DNA from: an uncultured Bifidobacterium sp.
GTDB taxonomy: Bacteria > Actinomycetota > Acidimicrobiia > Acidimicrobiales > Ilumatobacteraceae
Reading direction: 5' to 3'
Length of the DNA stretch: 64,000 nt
Assembly (NCBI GenBank): GCA_964416135.1
Contig: CAYQCU010000003.1
Span: 68,815 to 132,814, forward strand
Shown: piece after piece, positions 17,951-27,289 of the stretch
Layout: every line of letters starts with the position of its first letter
Numbering within the stretch: position 1 is the stretch's first letter
The notes under the pieces: model-generated
The model's database searches: none
What the model saw: the letters and a program-made list of their open reading frames with translations, nothing else
Told to the model about the DNA's origin: nothing
Program-made: the position numbers and the translations under genes

Positions 17951-20542
17951 GTGACTGATCTTTCCACACCCACCCGCGTGTCGTTCCGGGTCAATGGTCG
18001 AGAGGTGTCTGTGGCTACTGACCACCCGAGTCTGCTGTCGGCACTGCGCGACGAACTCGACGTCACATCCGCCAAGGACGGCTGCTCGCCGTCGGGACAG
18101 TGCGGGTGCTGCACCGTGATGATCGACGGGAAGGCGCAGGTCTCGTGCCAATACCCGGTCGCAAAGGCCGAAGGACGCGAGATCACCACTCTCGAGGGGC
18201 TCGACGAGGCCGAACGCAGTCGCTACTCACAGGCGTTCGCAGCGTGCGGAGGCCTCCAGTGCGGATTCTGCATTCCCGGAATCGTGATGCGCGCGAAAGC
18301 ACAGATCGACAAGAAAGGCGCCGACCTGAAGCGCGACGACATGGCACGTCACCTCGGTGCACACCTGTGTCGCTGCACCGGATACGTGAAGGTTCTGGAA
18401 GCCATCGAGACCGTCGCCAAGGGCGAACCGGTCTCAGTCGAGTTGCCCGGTGGAGTGGGTTCGCGCGGCGCGAAATACGAAGCGGAAGCGCTCGCACTCG
18501 GCGACCGCGGCTACGTCGACGACATCCGTGTTCCCGGCATGCTGCACGCCGCACTTCATCTCACCGCGCACGCCCGTGCCGATGTGCTGCGAATCGACAC
18601 CAGCGAGGCAGCGGCCGCACCCGGCGTGGTGGCGGTGTACACAGCCGCCGACGTGCCCGGCGTGCGAAAGGTCGGCATCATCTACAAGGACTGGCCGGTG
18701 TTCATCGGCGAGGGCGAGCGCACGTCATACGCAGGTGACGTGATCGCCATCGTCGTGGCCGAAACGAGACGGCAGGCACGTGCAGCGGCCACACTCGTGA
18801 AGGTCGACTACGCCCCCTTGCGCCCCATCGTCGATGCAGTCACCGCGATCGACGACCCCGAGATCGCGGTGTGGGGCACCGACTCGAACGTGCTGTCACG
18901 GAGTGAATACAAGCGGGGCGACGTCGACTCTGCTCTCGCTGCGAGCGCGCACATCGTGACCGAGACCTTCCAGACGCAGCGCATCGAGCACGCCTTCTTG
19001 GAGCCCGAGTCGACGCTCGCAGTTCCCGACACCGAACACGGCACACTGCACGTGTATTCGGGTGGTCAGGGCGTGTGGGACGACCGTGACCAGATCTGCG
19101 CGATCCTCGACGTGCCGACCGACAAGGTGACAGTCGAACTGGTCTCGAACGGTGGCGCGTTCGGCGGCAAGGAAGACATGTCGAACCAGGGCCAGACCGC
19201 GCTCGCAGCGTGGCTGTTGCAGCGCCCGGTGAAGTGCACCTTGTCGCGCGAGGAGAGCCTGCTCATCCACGCCAAACGACACCCGATCCGCATGGAATAC
19301 ACCGTCGGATGCGACAACGAGGGCAAGCTCACGGCGGTACGTGCCCGCATGATCGGTGACTCCGGTTCGTACGCATCGGTCGGCATGAAGGTGCTCGAGC
19401 GCGCGGCCGGCCACGCCACAGGGCCGTACCACACCCCCGCTGTCGACGTGTCGTCGGTGGCGGTGCGCACCAACAACCCGGTGTGCGGCGCGTTCCGTGG
19501 ATTCGGAGCGAACCAGGCGCAGTTCGCAATGGAAGGTTGCCTCGACCGCCTCGCCGAACAGGCGGGTATCTCGGGCTGGGAGATCCGCAAGCGAAACGTG
19601 ATCCACCCCGGCGAGGTGTGGGGACCCGGCCAGATCATGGACGACGGCTGCGCCGGCGCCGAAGAGTGCCTCGATGCCATCAAGCCGCACTACGACGCGG
19701 CCGTTGCCGCCGGCAAAGCCGTCGGTCTCGGTCTCGGCCTCAAGAACTCAGGTCTCGGCAACGGCTTCCGCGAGGTGACACGTGCTGTCGTACGTTTCGA
19801 AGACGACGGCACCGTCGAGCTGCGTCACGGATGGACCGAGATGGGCCAGGGCGTGCACACGGTCGCACTCCAAGTGGCCGTGGAAGAACTGGGCATCGAT
19901 GCATCCCGAGTGCGCGTCGTGGTCGACACGACCCGCGAACTCGGGTTCGGCCAGACCACAGGCAGTCGCGGCACGCTCATGGCGGCAGCCAGCGTGCAGA
20001 AGGCGTGTGCCGCCGCCGAGGCCGACGGTCGCCGTACCGGCATCGACTACACGGGCGAACACGTCGTCGACTGGACCCAGCACCTCGGTGACCCGGGCGT
20101 CGAGAACCCGGTCATTCACGCCGCGTTCGGGTACGCCGCACAGTTGGTGGTGATGGAACCCGAGACACAGAACATCGAACGTGTCGTCGCGGTGCACGAC
20201 GTCGGGCGCGCGGTGAACCCGACGCTCTGCGAAGGCCAGATCGAAGGGGCGGTGCACATGGGGCTCGGCTACGCCCTCACCGAGGACTTCCCCAGCGACG
20301 AGCGGGGCTTCCCCACCAACATGACGTTGCGCTCGCTCGGCATCTTGCGAGCCAAAGACATGCCGCTTGTCGACGTGGTGCTCGTGGAGTGCCCTCAGCC
20401 GCGCAGTCCGTACGGCATCAAGGGTGTCGGCGAGATCGGACTGGTGCCGACCGCCCCCGCCGTCGCCGCCGCTCTGCGTGCCGCCGACGGCATCTGGCGC
20501 ACCACGTTGCCGATGAAGCCGAAGAACTCGAACGACGACTGA
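17951..20542 (+). CDS. Molybdopterin-dependent aldehyde oxidoreductase/xanthine-dehydrogenase-family enzyme with fused N-terminal 2x[2Fe-2S] domain and no FAD domain
   Basis: GTG 17951 ('VTDLSTPTRVSFRVNG'). Fe-S motifs 'CSPSGQCGCCTV' and 'CGFCIPG...CRCTGY'. MoCo-domain motifs 'GGAFGGKE', 'RGFGANQ' and 'YGIKGVGE'. The upstream 156 codons of the track ORF are antisense to the acyltransferase gene. Confidence 0.85.
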   Translation: MTDLSTPTRVSFRVNGREVSVATDHPSLLSALRDELDVTSAKDGCSPSGQCGCCTVMIDGKAQVSCQYPVAKAEGREITTLEGLDEAERSRYSQAFAACGGLQCGFCIPGIVMRAKAQIDKKGADLKRDDMARHLGAHLCRCTGYVKVLEAIETVAKGEPVSVELPGGVGSRGAKYEAEALALGDRGYVDDIRVPGMLHAALHLTAHARADVLRIDTSEAAAAPGVVAVYTAADVPGVRKVGIIYKDWPVFIGEGERTSYAGDVIAIVVAETRRQARAAATLVKVDYAPLRPIVDAVTAIDDPEIAVWGTDSNVLSRSEYKRGDVDSALAASAHIVTETFQTQRIEHAFLEPESTLAVPDTEHGTLHVYSGGQGVWDDRDQICAILDVPTDKVTVELVSNGGAFGGKEDMSNQGQTALAAWLLQRPVKCTLSREESLLIHAKRHPIRMEYTVGCDNEGKLTAVRARMIGDSGSYASVGMKVLERAAGHATGPYHTPAVDVSSVAVRTNNPVCGAFRGFGANQAQFAMEGCLDRLAEQAGISGWEIRKRNVIHPGEVWGPGQIMDDGCAGAEECLDAIKPHYDAAVAAGKAVGLGLGLKNSGLGNGFREVTRAVVRFEDDGTVELRHGWTEMGQGVHTVALQVAVEELGIDASRVRVVVDTTRELGFGQTTGSRGTLMAAASVQKACAAAEADGRRTGIDYTGEHVVDWTQHLGDPGVENPVIHAAFGYAAQLVVMEPETQNIERVVAVHDVGRAVNPTLCEGQIEGAVHMGLGYALTEDFPSDERGFPTNMTLRSLGILRAKDMPLVDVVLVECPQPRSPYGIKGVGEIGLVPTAPAVAAALRAADGIWRTTLPMKPKNSNDD

Positions 20543-20557
20543 GAACCGGAGACACAC

Positions 20558-21559
20558 ATGACAAGCCCAGCCGCCATCTATCTGCAGGACGCTCACCCGA
20601 TCGCCGAAGGCATGGACTACGTGCGCTACGCAGAACAGCAAGGGTTCGAGGCGGTGTGGCAGGCAGACAGTCGCCTCGTTCGCGATGCGATCGTGCCGAT
20701 GTCGGCGTTCGCGGCTGTCACCGACACCATCAAGATCGGCTCGGGTGTCGTCGACTGCTGGACACGCAACCCTGCACGACTTGCCGCCACGTTCTCCACC
20801 CTCGACGACCTCGCCCCCGGCCGCGTCATACTCGGCATCGGCGCCTGGTGGGATCCGCTCGCCTCGGCAGTGGGCATCAACAGGGCGAAGCCCTTGCGCG
20901 TGATGCGCGAGATCATCACCTCGGTGCGTGCGCTGCTCGCGAACGAGACCGTGACTTTCCACGGTGAGTTCGTGCATCTTGACGGCGTCGAACTCGACTA
21001 CGTGTACCAGGAACGACGCCCGAAAGACGTGCCGATCTACCTCGGTGCGACAGGCATGCAGATGATGGAACTGGCGGGCGAGATCGCCGACGGCGTGGTG
21101 CTGAACTACCTCGTCTCCCCCGACTACAACACGACGGCCATAGAACACCTCGCCAAGGGCGCCGAGAAAGCCGGGCGCCGATGGGAAGACATCGACCGTC
21201 CGCAGTTGGTGGTGTGCAGCGTGCACGAAGACCGCGAAACCGCCCTCGACATGGCACGACTCATGGTCACCCAGTACCTCGGACAACAGCCCCACATCAT
21301 GAAGGCCTCTGGCGTGCCGCAGTCGCTGCTCGACAAGGTGGGCGAAGTGCTGACGTGGCCCGCCACGCACGACCAGGTGGTGGCGGCGTCGAAGTTGGTG
21401 CCAGACGAGATCGTGCAGATGCTGACGGCGTCCGGAACTGCCGACGACGCACGAGCGAAGGTGCGTGAATACATGCGCGACGGCGCCACCTGCCCGATCC
21501 TCTACCCGCTGGGCGACGTGAAGGCGATGATCGACGCGTTCTCCGGCTGGCAAGCCTGA
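20558..21559 (+). CDS. Luciferase-like monooxygenase (LLM) family oxidoreductase, probably F420-dependent
   Basis: GGAGA RBS. TIM-barrel LLM features 'FEAVWQADS', 'IKIGSGV' and 'LGIGAWW'. The 333-aa size fits the Mer/F420-reductase-like class. Confidence 0.8.
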   Translation: MTSPAAIYLQDAHPIAEGMDYVRYAEQQGFEAVWQADSRLVRDAIVPMSAFAAVTDTIKIGSGVVDCWTRNPARLAATFSTLDDLAPGRVILGIGAWWDPLASAVGINRAKPLRVMREIITSVRALLANETVTFHGEFVHLDGVELDYVYQERRPKDVPIYLGATGMQMMELAGEIADGVVLNYLVSPDYNTTAIEHLAKGAEKAGRRWEDIDRPQLVVCSVHEDRETALDMARLMVTQYLGQQPHIMKASGVPQSLLDKVGEVLTWPATHDQVVAASKLVPDEIVQMLTASGTADDARAKVREYMRDGATCPILYPLGDVKAMIDAFSGWQA

Positions 21560-21579
21560 CGGCGCATTAGTTTGGCGGC

Positions 21580-22758
21580 GTGAACCGCTCGCCGCTCACC
21601 ACTCGTCTCGGAGGGTTCGGGGCATCGATCTTCGCCGAGATGACGGCGCTCGCGGTCGCCACCGACTCGGTCAATCTCGGACAAGGTTTCCCCGACTACG
21701 ACGGTCCTTCGTTGGTGCTCGACACCGCGCGAGATGCGATCGCTGCCGGCCACAACCAGTACCCTCCCGGAACCGGTGCACCTGATCTTCGTCTCGCGAT
21801 CACCGATCACCAGAGACGCTTCTGGGGTCTCGACGTCGACCCCGACACCGAAGTGCTCGTCACCGCCGGTGCAACCGAGGCGATCGCTGGCGCACTCCTC
21901 GGCATGCTGGATGCCGGAGACGAAGTGATCGTCTTCGAACCGTTGTTCGACACCTACGCGGGGTGTGTCGCACTCGCCGGCGCGATGCTCGCTCCTGTCA
22001 CGTTGCGGCCTGACGCGCGCGGGCGTTTCGGGTTCGACCCCGACGAGCTGCGCCGCGCCGTGACCCCACGCACGAAGGTCATTCTCCTGAACTCTCCCCA
22101 CAATCCGACAGGAACGGTGTTCTCGCGCGACGAGTTGTCGGCCATCGCCGAGGTCGCGTGCGCACACGACCTGATCGTGGTCTCCGACGAGGTCTACGAA
22201 CATCTCGTCTTCGACGAGGCACGTCATGTACCGATCGCCACGCTCCCCGGCATGGCCGAGCGGACGGTGACGATCTCATCGGGTGGCAAGACCTTCAACA
22301 CGACTGGATGGAAGATCGGGTGGGCCACGGGACCGGCCTCTCTGGTGCACGCAGTGCGAATGGCCAAGCAACTCTTCACGTTCGCCGGAGGTACGCCGTT
22401 CCAGCCTGCGATCGCCGCCGGGCTGCGGATGCCTGACGAGTACTTCACGCAACTCGCCGGTGACCTGCAGACCAAACGCGACGTGTTGGTGAACGCACTC
22501 GTCGACGCCGGACTTGCGCCTCACGTGACCGAAGGAACTTATTTCGTGATGTGCGACGTGCGCGGGCGTCAGCCAGACGGCGACGGCGAGGCTTTCTGTC
22601 GCCGCATGCCGCACGACTGTGGTGTCGTCGCCATCCCTGCCGGCGTTCTCTACGACCCGCGCCACACGAACGAGGGTCGACACATGGTTCGGTTCGCCTT
22701 CTGCAAACGCGACGACACGATCGAAGAGGCCGCACGACGCCTGAGGAATCTCGCATGA
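21580..22758 (+). CDS. Class I/II PLP-dependent aminotransferase (YbdL/kynurenine-glutamine transaminase-like)
   Basis: 'NLGQGFPD', 'NQYPPGTG', 'LNSPHNPTG' and the PLP-Lys 'SSGGKTFNTTGWKIGW'. Confidence 0.9.
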   Translation: MNRSPLTTRLGGFGASIFAEMTALAVATDSVNLGQGFPDYDGPSLVLDTARDAIAAGHNQYPPGTGAPDLRLAITDHQRRFWGLDVDPDTEVLVTAGATEAIAGALLGMLDAGDEVIVFEPLFDTYAGCVALAGAMLAPVTLRPDARGRFGFDPDELRRAVTPRTKVILLNSPHNPTGTVFSRDELSAIAEVACAHDLIVVSDEVYEHLVFDEARHVPIATLPGMAERTVTISSGGKTFNTTGWKIGWATGPASLVHAVRMAKQLFTFAGGTPFQPAIAAGLRMPDEYFTQLAGDLQTKRDVLVNALVDAGLAPHVTEGTYFVMCDVRGRQPDGDGEAFCRRMPHDCGVVAIPAGVLYDPRHTNEGRHMVRFAFCKRDDTIEEAARRLRNLA

Positions 22759-22777
22759 CCACATTCGGCATCACACG

Positions 22778-23536
22778 ATGAGAATCGCACTCGTCCAACA
22801 CGACATCGCCTGGGCCGACCGTGAGGCGAACTTCGCCGCACTGTCGCCGCGCATCTCGTCGGCGGCGGCGAGTGGGGCGCGACTGGTGCTCCTCACCGAG
22901 ATGTTCTCGACCGGTTTCGTGGTCGACCGCGACGACATCGGGGAGCCAGAGGGCGGCCCGTCGGGCACTTTCCTCGCACGAATGGCCGCCGACAACGGCG
23001 TGTGGGTGGGGGGAACGTGTCCCGAGACCGCACCCGACGATCCCCGACCGTGGAACTCGTTCGTACTCGCGGCGCCCGACGGAACCGTGCACCGCTACCA
23101 CAAGATGCACCGTTTCGCGTTCGGCGGAGAGAACGTGCACTTCAGACCGGGCAACTACTCGCTCACCGTCGACGTCGAGGGTGTGCGGGTCTCGATGTTC
23201 GTGTGTTACGACCTGCGTTTCGCCGACGACTTCTGGCACCTCGCACCCGACACCGACTTGTATCTCGTGCCCGCCAACTGGCCCGAGTCGCGACGCGAGC
23301 ACTGGCTCGCCCTGTTGCGTGCCCGCGCGATCGAGAACCAGGCATATGTCGCCGGATGCAACAGAGTCGGCGCCGGCGGAGGGTTGATCTACGCCGGTGA
23401 CAGCCGCATCTTCGACCCGCTCGGCCGGGTCGTCGCGGGTGCAGACGGCACCGAATGCACGGTGATCGCCGACGTCGATCCGACCACGGTGCGCGACGTG
23501 CGGGCACGTTTCCCTTTCATGTCTGACCGCGCCTGA
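22778..23536 (+). CDS. Carbon-nitrogen hydrolase family protein (omega-amidase/YafV-like)
   Basis: The nitrilase-superfamily E-K-C triad context is present: 'LVLLTEMF', 'YHKMHRF' and 'MFVCYDLRF'. Confidence 0.85.
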   Translation: MRIALVQHDIAWADREANFAALSPRISSAAASGARLVLLTEMFSTGFVVDRDDIGEPEGGPSGTFLARMAADNGVWVGGTCPETAPDDPRPWNSFVLAAPDGTVHRYHKMHRFAFGGENVHFRPGNYSLTVDVEGVRVSMFVCYDLRFADDFWHLAPDTDLYLVPANWPESRREHWLALLRARAIENQAYVAGCNRVGAGGGLIYAGDSRIFDPLGRVVAGADGTECTVIADVDPTTVRDVRARFPFMSDRA

Positions 23537-23554
23537 CAGCGCCCGGTCGCGGCG

Positions 23555-24958
23555 TCAGGAACGCGGATCGATGGGAGTGTCGAGGCCGAGTGCGGCTTCG
23601 ATCTGTTCGGCCACCGCCAGACAACGCAGATCGGTGTAGGCACCCCCCATCACCTGCACCCCCACCGGCAGATCGTCTGCCATGCCGGCCGGTACCACCG
23701 CACACGGCAGTCCGAGCAGATTTCCGGGCAACACCGGTCGCATCAACTCGAGCGTGCCGGTGGAACCTGCCTCACCGCTGATGTCCCAGTCTGCATGGAA
23801 CGCCGGCTGTGTCCATGTCGGCAACAGCACCACCTGGTGCTCGGCGAACCACATCGACCACTTGCGTGCGAGTTGATCCCGCTGAGCCTGGACGAGATAC
23901 CACTCGAGAGAGGACATCTTCGGGAACTGCTCCAGTGCCGCTGCGATGATCGCCTTTCCGCCTTCACCCATGACCATGTCGATCTGGTCGCGAATGTCGT
24001 GCAGTTCGGTGAACAACATCGCCGCCCACAACAGGTACGACACTTCCATGTCTGGCGGTGCGACCTCCACTACCTCGTGTCCTTCGTCGGCGAGCACGTC
24101 TGCCGCCGCACGCACCGCTGCCTGGATCCCGGGATGCGTCGAGCCACCTGGAGGATTCGGCAGCACCGCGACGGTGAGTCGCTCGCCGGGGTCGAGCCCG
24201 GTGAGACGCACGGGAAGGCTCACGGGGTCACGCGGGTCGACACCGGCGACGATGTCGAATCCGGCCCGCACGTCGGCAACCCGGCGCGCCATGACACCTT
24301 GGTTCAACATCACCTGCGACGCCAACGAGCGATCGGGCGTCGGGTACGTCTGCGTGTCGGGAACGACGCCCCGTGACGGTTTGATCGACGCCACACCGCA
24401 GGCGTGCGCGGGGTTGCGCAGCGAACCCCCGATGTCGTTGCCGAGCCCGATCGGGCTCATGCCGGTGGCAAGAGACGCCGCCTCACCGCCCGACGACCCG
24501 CCCGCGGTGCGGCCGTGCTTCCACGGGTTCTGTGTGCGTCCGTAGAGCGACGAGTCGGTGTCGATGCGAAGTCCCATGTCGGGCAGATTGGTCCGTCCGA
24601 TCGGGATCGCACCGGCGGCCAGCATGCGCTCGACCACCGGCGCGTGCACAGGAGCGATCGCCTCGGCAAAGACAGGCAGGCCGTTGGTGGTGGGCTGTCC
24701 GGCGACGTCGATGTTGTCCTTCACCGTGAACGGCACACCGTGCAGCGCGCCGAGTTCGACACCGCTCGCCACTGCCCGGTCGGCCTCGTCGGCCATGCGT
24801 CGCGCGTCGTCGGCCAGCACCCGCACGATCGCGTTCACGCGCGGGTTCACCTCTGCGATGCGTGCGAGATGTGCCTCCACCACCTCGCGGCTCGTCACCT
24901 TCTTGTCAGCGATGTCAGCTGCGATGTCCAGGGCGCTCTTCCGCCAGATCTCGTTCAT
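23555..24958 (-). CDS. Amidase (amidase-signature family)
   Basis: 'GGSSGGEAA' and 'GLGNDIGGSLRNPA' signature with 'PFTVKDN'. Confidence 0.9.
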   Translation of the reverse strand: MNEIWRKSALDIAADIADKKVTSREVVEAHLARIAEVNPRVNAIVRVLADDARRMADEADRAVASGVELGALHGVPFTVKDNIDVAGQPTTNGLPVFAEAIAPVHAPVVERMLAAGAIPIGRTNLPDMGLRIDTDSSLYGRTQNPWKHGRTAGGSSGGEAASLATGMSPIGLGNDIGGSLRNPAHACGVASIKPSRGVVPDTQTYPTPDRSLASQVMLNQGVMARRVADVRAGFDIVAGVDPRDPVSLPVRLTGLDPGERLTVAVLPNPPGGSTHPGIQAAVRAAADVLADEGHEVVEVAPPDMEVSYLLWAAMLFTELHDIRDQIDMVMGEGGKAIIAAALEQFPKMSSLEWYLVQAQRDQLARKWSMWFAEHQVVLLPTWTQPAFHADWDISGEAGSTGTLELMRPVLPGNLLGLPCAVVPAGMADDLPVGVQVMGGAYTDLRCLAVAEQIEAALGLDTPIDPRS

Positions 24959-25009
24959 GTCGTTGTCCTCACTTCTCTTCGTGTGTCTCTCGGTTGGTCT
25001 CGGGGGCGG

Positions 25010-26272
25010 TCAACCCATGGAGTACCTGACGGGGAGACGCTTCAGTCCGCCCACGAAGAGTGTCTTCATGAGTGCGGGCTCACCGGCGATCTCGATCGAC
25101 TCGAGCCGTGGCAGCAACTCGGCGAAGAACGCCTTCAGTTCCATGCGGGCAAGCATCGCCCCGAGGCAGTAGTGAACCCCGAACCCGAACGAGAGGTGTC
25201 TGTTGGGTGACCGAGCGACGTCGAACGTGAACGGATCGGCGAAGACGGCCTCGTCGCGGTTGGCCGAGGGGTAGCTGAGCAGAACGCTCTCCCCCGCCCG
25301 CACGGTGTGGCCGCTCGCGAGGGTGTAGTCGCAGGTGGCGGTGCGCATGAAGTGTTTGACCGGGGTCACCCATCGGATCATCTCGTCAGCCGCGGTCGCC
25401 ACCAAAGACGGATCGTTCTTCAGGCGCGCCATCTGATCCGGGTTCTCGATCAGCGCCTGCAGACCGCCCGCCATCGCCGACGCGGTCGTGTCGTGACCGG
25501 CGGTGGCAGTGATCACGTAGTACGAAATGGTCTGGATCATCGTCAGGTCTTCGCCGCCGATCTTGCCGTTCGCGACGGCCGAGGCGAGATCGTCGGTGGG
25601 GCGAGCCCTGCGGTCCTCGGTGATCGCCGTGAAGTAGGCGAAGAAATCCTGGATGACTGCCATCAGGTCAGCAGGCTTCTCGCCGCGACGCAGATCCTCG
25701 TCGGCGTTGCCGAAGAGTTCCTGTGTGAGTGTCAACATCCGCTCGTAGTCGCTCTCGGGCAACCCGAGAATGTCGAGGATCACGTTCAACGGCATCTGCA
25801 TCGCGATGTCGCGCGCGAAGTCGCACTCGCCGCCGTGCGACGCCATCTTGTCGACGTAGTGCCGGGCGAGTTCGGCGAGACGGGTCTCCAGCCGCGCGAG
25901 GTTCTTCGGCAAGAACCATTCACTGGTCACTTGTCGCAGTTCCCGGTGCTCAGGATCGTCGACGTGGATCAACGTGCGCAACATGTGGCCGTTCTCCGCG
26001 GTACGGCGGTCAGACGCGGCGTTGCCGAGCACCGGCCGTGGCTCGTTCAAGAAGATGTCGTTGTGCAGTTCGATCTCGAGCACGTCGGCATGACGCGTCG
26101 CGACCCAGAAAGGGTTGTACTCCCCTGTCGGGTCGGACACCCTCGGGAACGGATCGTCACGTCGCAGCAGAGCACATGCGGCGTGGAACCGCTCCTCGTC
26201 GGCGTACGCCGACGGGTCGATGAAAACCTTGTGGGCCTCGTCGAGAGTCATGTGCGTGGCGTCTGAACCCAT
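25010..26272 (-). CDS. Cytochrome P450
   Basis: Heme-thiolate loop 'FGFGVHYCLG', I-helix 'TAGHDTT' and ExxR 'DEMIRW'. Start taken at the internal ATG preceded by GGAGAGAG. The 120-codon upstream extension is implausible. Confidence 0.9.
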   Translation of the reverse strand: MGSDATHMTLDEAHKVFIDPSAYADEERFHAACALLRRDDPFPRVSDPTGEYNPFWVATRHADVLEIELHNDIFLNEPRPVLGNAASDRRTAENGHMLRTLIHVDDPEHRELRQVTSEWFLPKNLARLETRLAELARHYVDKMASHGGECDFARDIAMQMPLNVILDILGLPESDYERMLTLTQELFGNADEDLRRGEKPADLMAVIQDFFAYFTAITEDRRARPTDDLASAVANGKIGGEDLTMIQTISYYVITATAGHDTTASAMAGGLQALIENPDQMARLKNDPSLVATAADEMIRWVTPVKHFMRTATCDYTLASGHTVRAGESVLLSYPSANRDEAVFADPFTFDVARSPNRHLSFGFGVHYCLGAMLARMELKAFFAELLPRLESIEIAGEPALMKTLFVGGLKRLPVRYSMG

Positions 26273-26350
26273 CTCTCTCCCCACCATCGACGTGCGGCGA
26301 CACCGCAACGAACACCATTGTTGCCCATCCGGGCACCCTAGGCTCGCGAC

Positions 26351-27289
26351 GTGCCCCGACAGTCCCGTTTCGCGTTCGCCAAGCGGGTGGCACCGCTTCT
26401 CGGACTGGCGGTCGGTGTCGCCGGCCTCGCCTTCGTGGTTCGCACCCTCGTCGTGCGCTCCGACGAAGTGGCCGACGCCTTCGCGGCGATGGACGTCGTA
26501 CAACTCGCGGGAAGCGTCGGTCTCGGCCTGGCAGCGATGTGGTGGATCGGACGCAACTGGGTCGCGATGCTCACTGCGCGCGGACACAATGCACCACCGC
26601 GGCGAGCGATGAGTTGGTACTTCACGGGCCAACTCGGCAAGTACGTCCCCGGTGGCATCTGGCCGATCGTCGGTCGGGCAGAACTGGCGGTGCGCGGCGG
26701 AGTCGCACGACCCGCCGCCTACGGAGCAACGACAGCCTCGATGGCGGCCACCTACACCGCGGCAACTCTCGTCACCGGTGTCGCGTCACTCGCTGCCTGG
26801 TCGTACCCGGTGATCGGCACCGCCTTGTTGATCGGACTCGTCGCCGCCTCGGTGATCGTCTGGTCACCGCCGGTCCGCACGGCGACGATGCGCCTGGCGG
26901 CCCGCGTCGGCATCACGGTCTCGTCACTTCCCGGTCTTCGCCGGCTGGTGGCATCTGTCGCGGTGCACGTACCGGCGTGGTTGTTGGTGGCGGCATCGAC
27001 ATGGGTCACCGCGCGTGCATTCGGCGCCGACATCGGAGCCGTCGACCTGGTGTTCGCCTCGACTGCGTCGTGGCTCGCAGGCTTCGTGGTGGTCGGAGTA
27101 CCCGGAGGCATCGGGGTGAGAGAAGCCGTGTTCACCGCACTCGCTGCACCGGCGGCAGGGTCGTCGGTGGCCGTGGCCGTCGCACTGGCGAGTCGTGTCG
27201 TGTTCGTCGTGGTCGATCTCGCAGGCACCGCCCTCGCAGCGGCAGTCGCCGGCAGCGCCTCGGTGCGCGAACGCTCAGCGGAAACCTGA
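26351..27289 (+). CDS. Flippase-like membrane protein (LPG-synthase-TM/UPF0104-like)
   Basis: About 8 TM helices with 'YFTGQLGKYVPGGIWPIVGRAEL'. The 3' end overlaps the convergent FrhB-like gene by 15 nt. Confidence 0.7.
   Translation: MPRQSRFAFAKRVAPLLGLAVGVAGLAFVVRTLVVRSDEVADAFAAMDVVQLAGSVGLGLAAMWWIGRNWVAMLTARGHNAPPRRAMSWYFTGQLGKYVPGGIWPIVGRAELAVRGGVARPAAYGATTASMAATYTAATLVTGVASLAAWSYPVIGTALLIGLVAASVIVWSPPVRTATMRLAARVGITVSSLPGLRRLVASVAVHVPAWLLVAASTWVTARAFGADIGAVDLVFASTASWLAGFVVVGVPGGIGVREAVFTALAAPAAGSSVAVAVALASRVVFVVVDLAGTALAAAVAGSASVRERSAET

Noticed and set aside
19748-21553. 601-aa ORF on the - strand
   Set aside because: It is antisense to the Mo-oxidoreductase and LLM genes, both of which have strong motifs. 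The composition is low-complexity (H/R/V/G/D-rich).
26273-26632. 120-codon N-terminal extension of the P450 ORF
   Set aside because: It would give a 540-aa P450 with a junk-like N-terminus overlapping the divergent flippase-like gene. The internal ATG with a GGAGAGAG RBS gives a normal P450 of about 420 aa.
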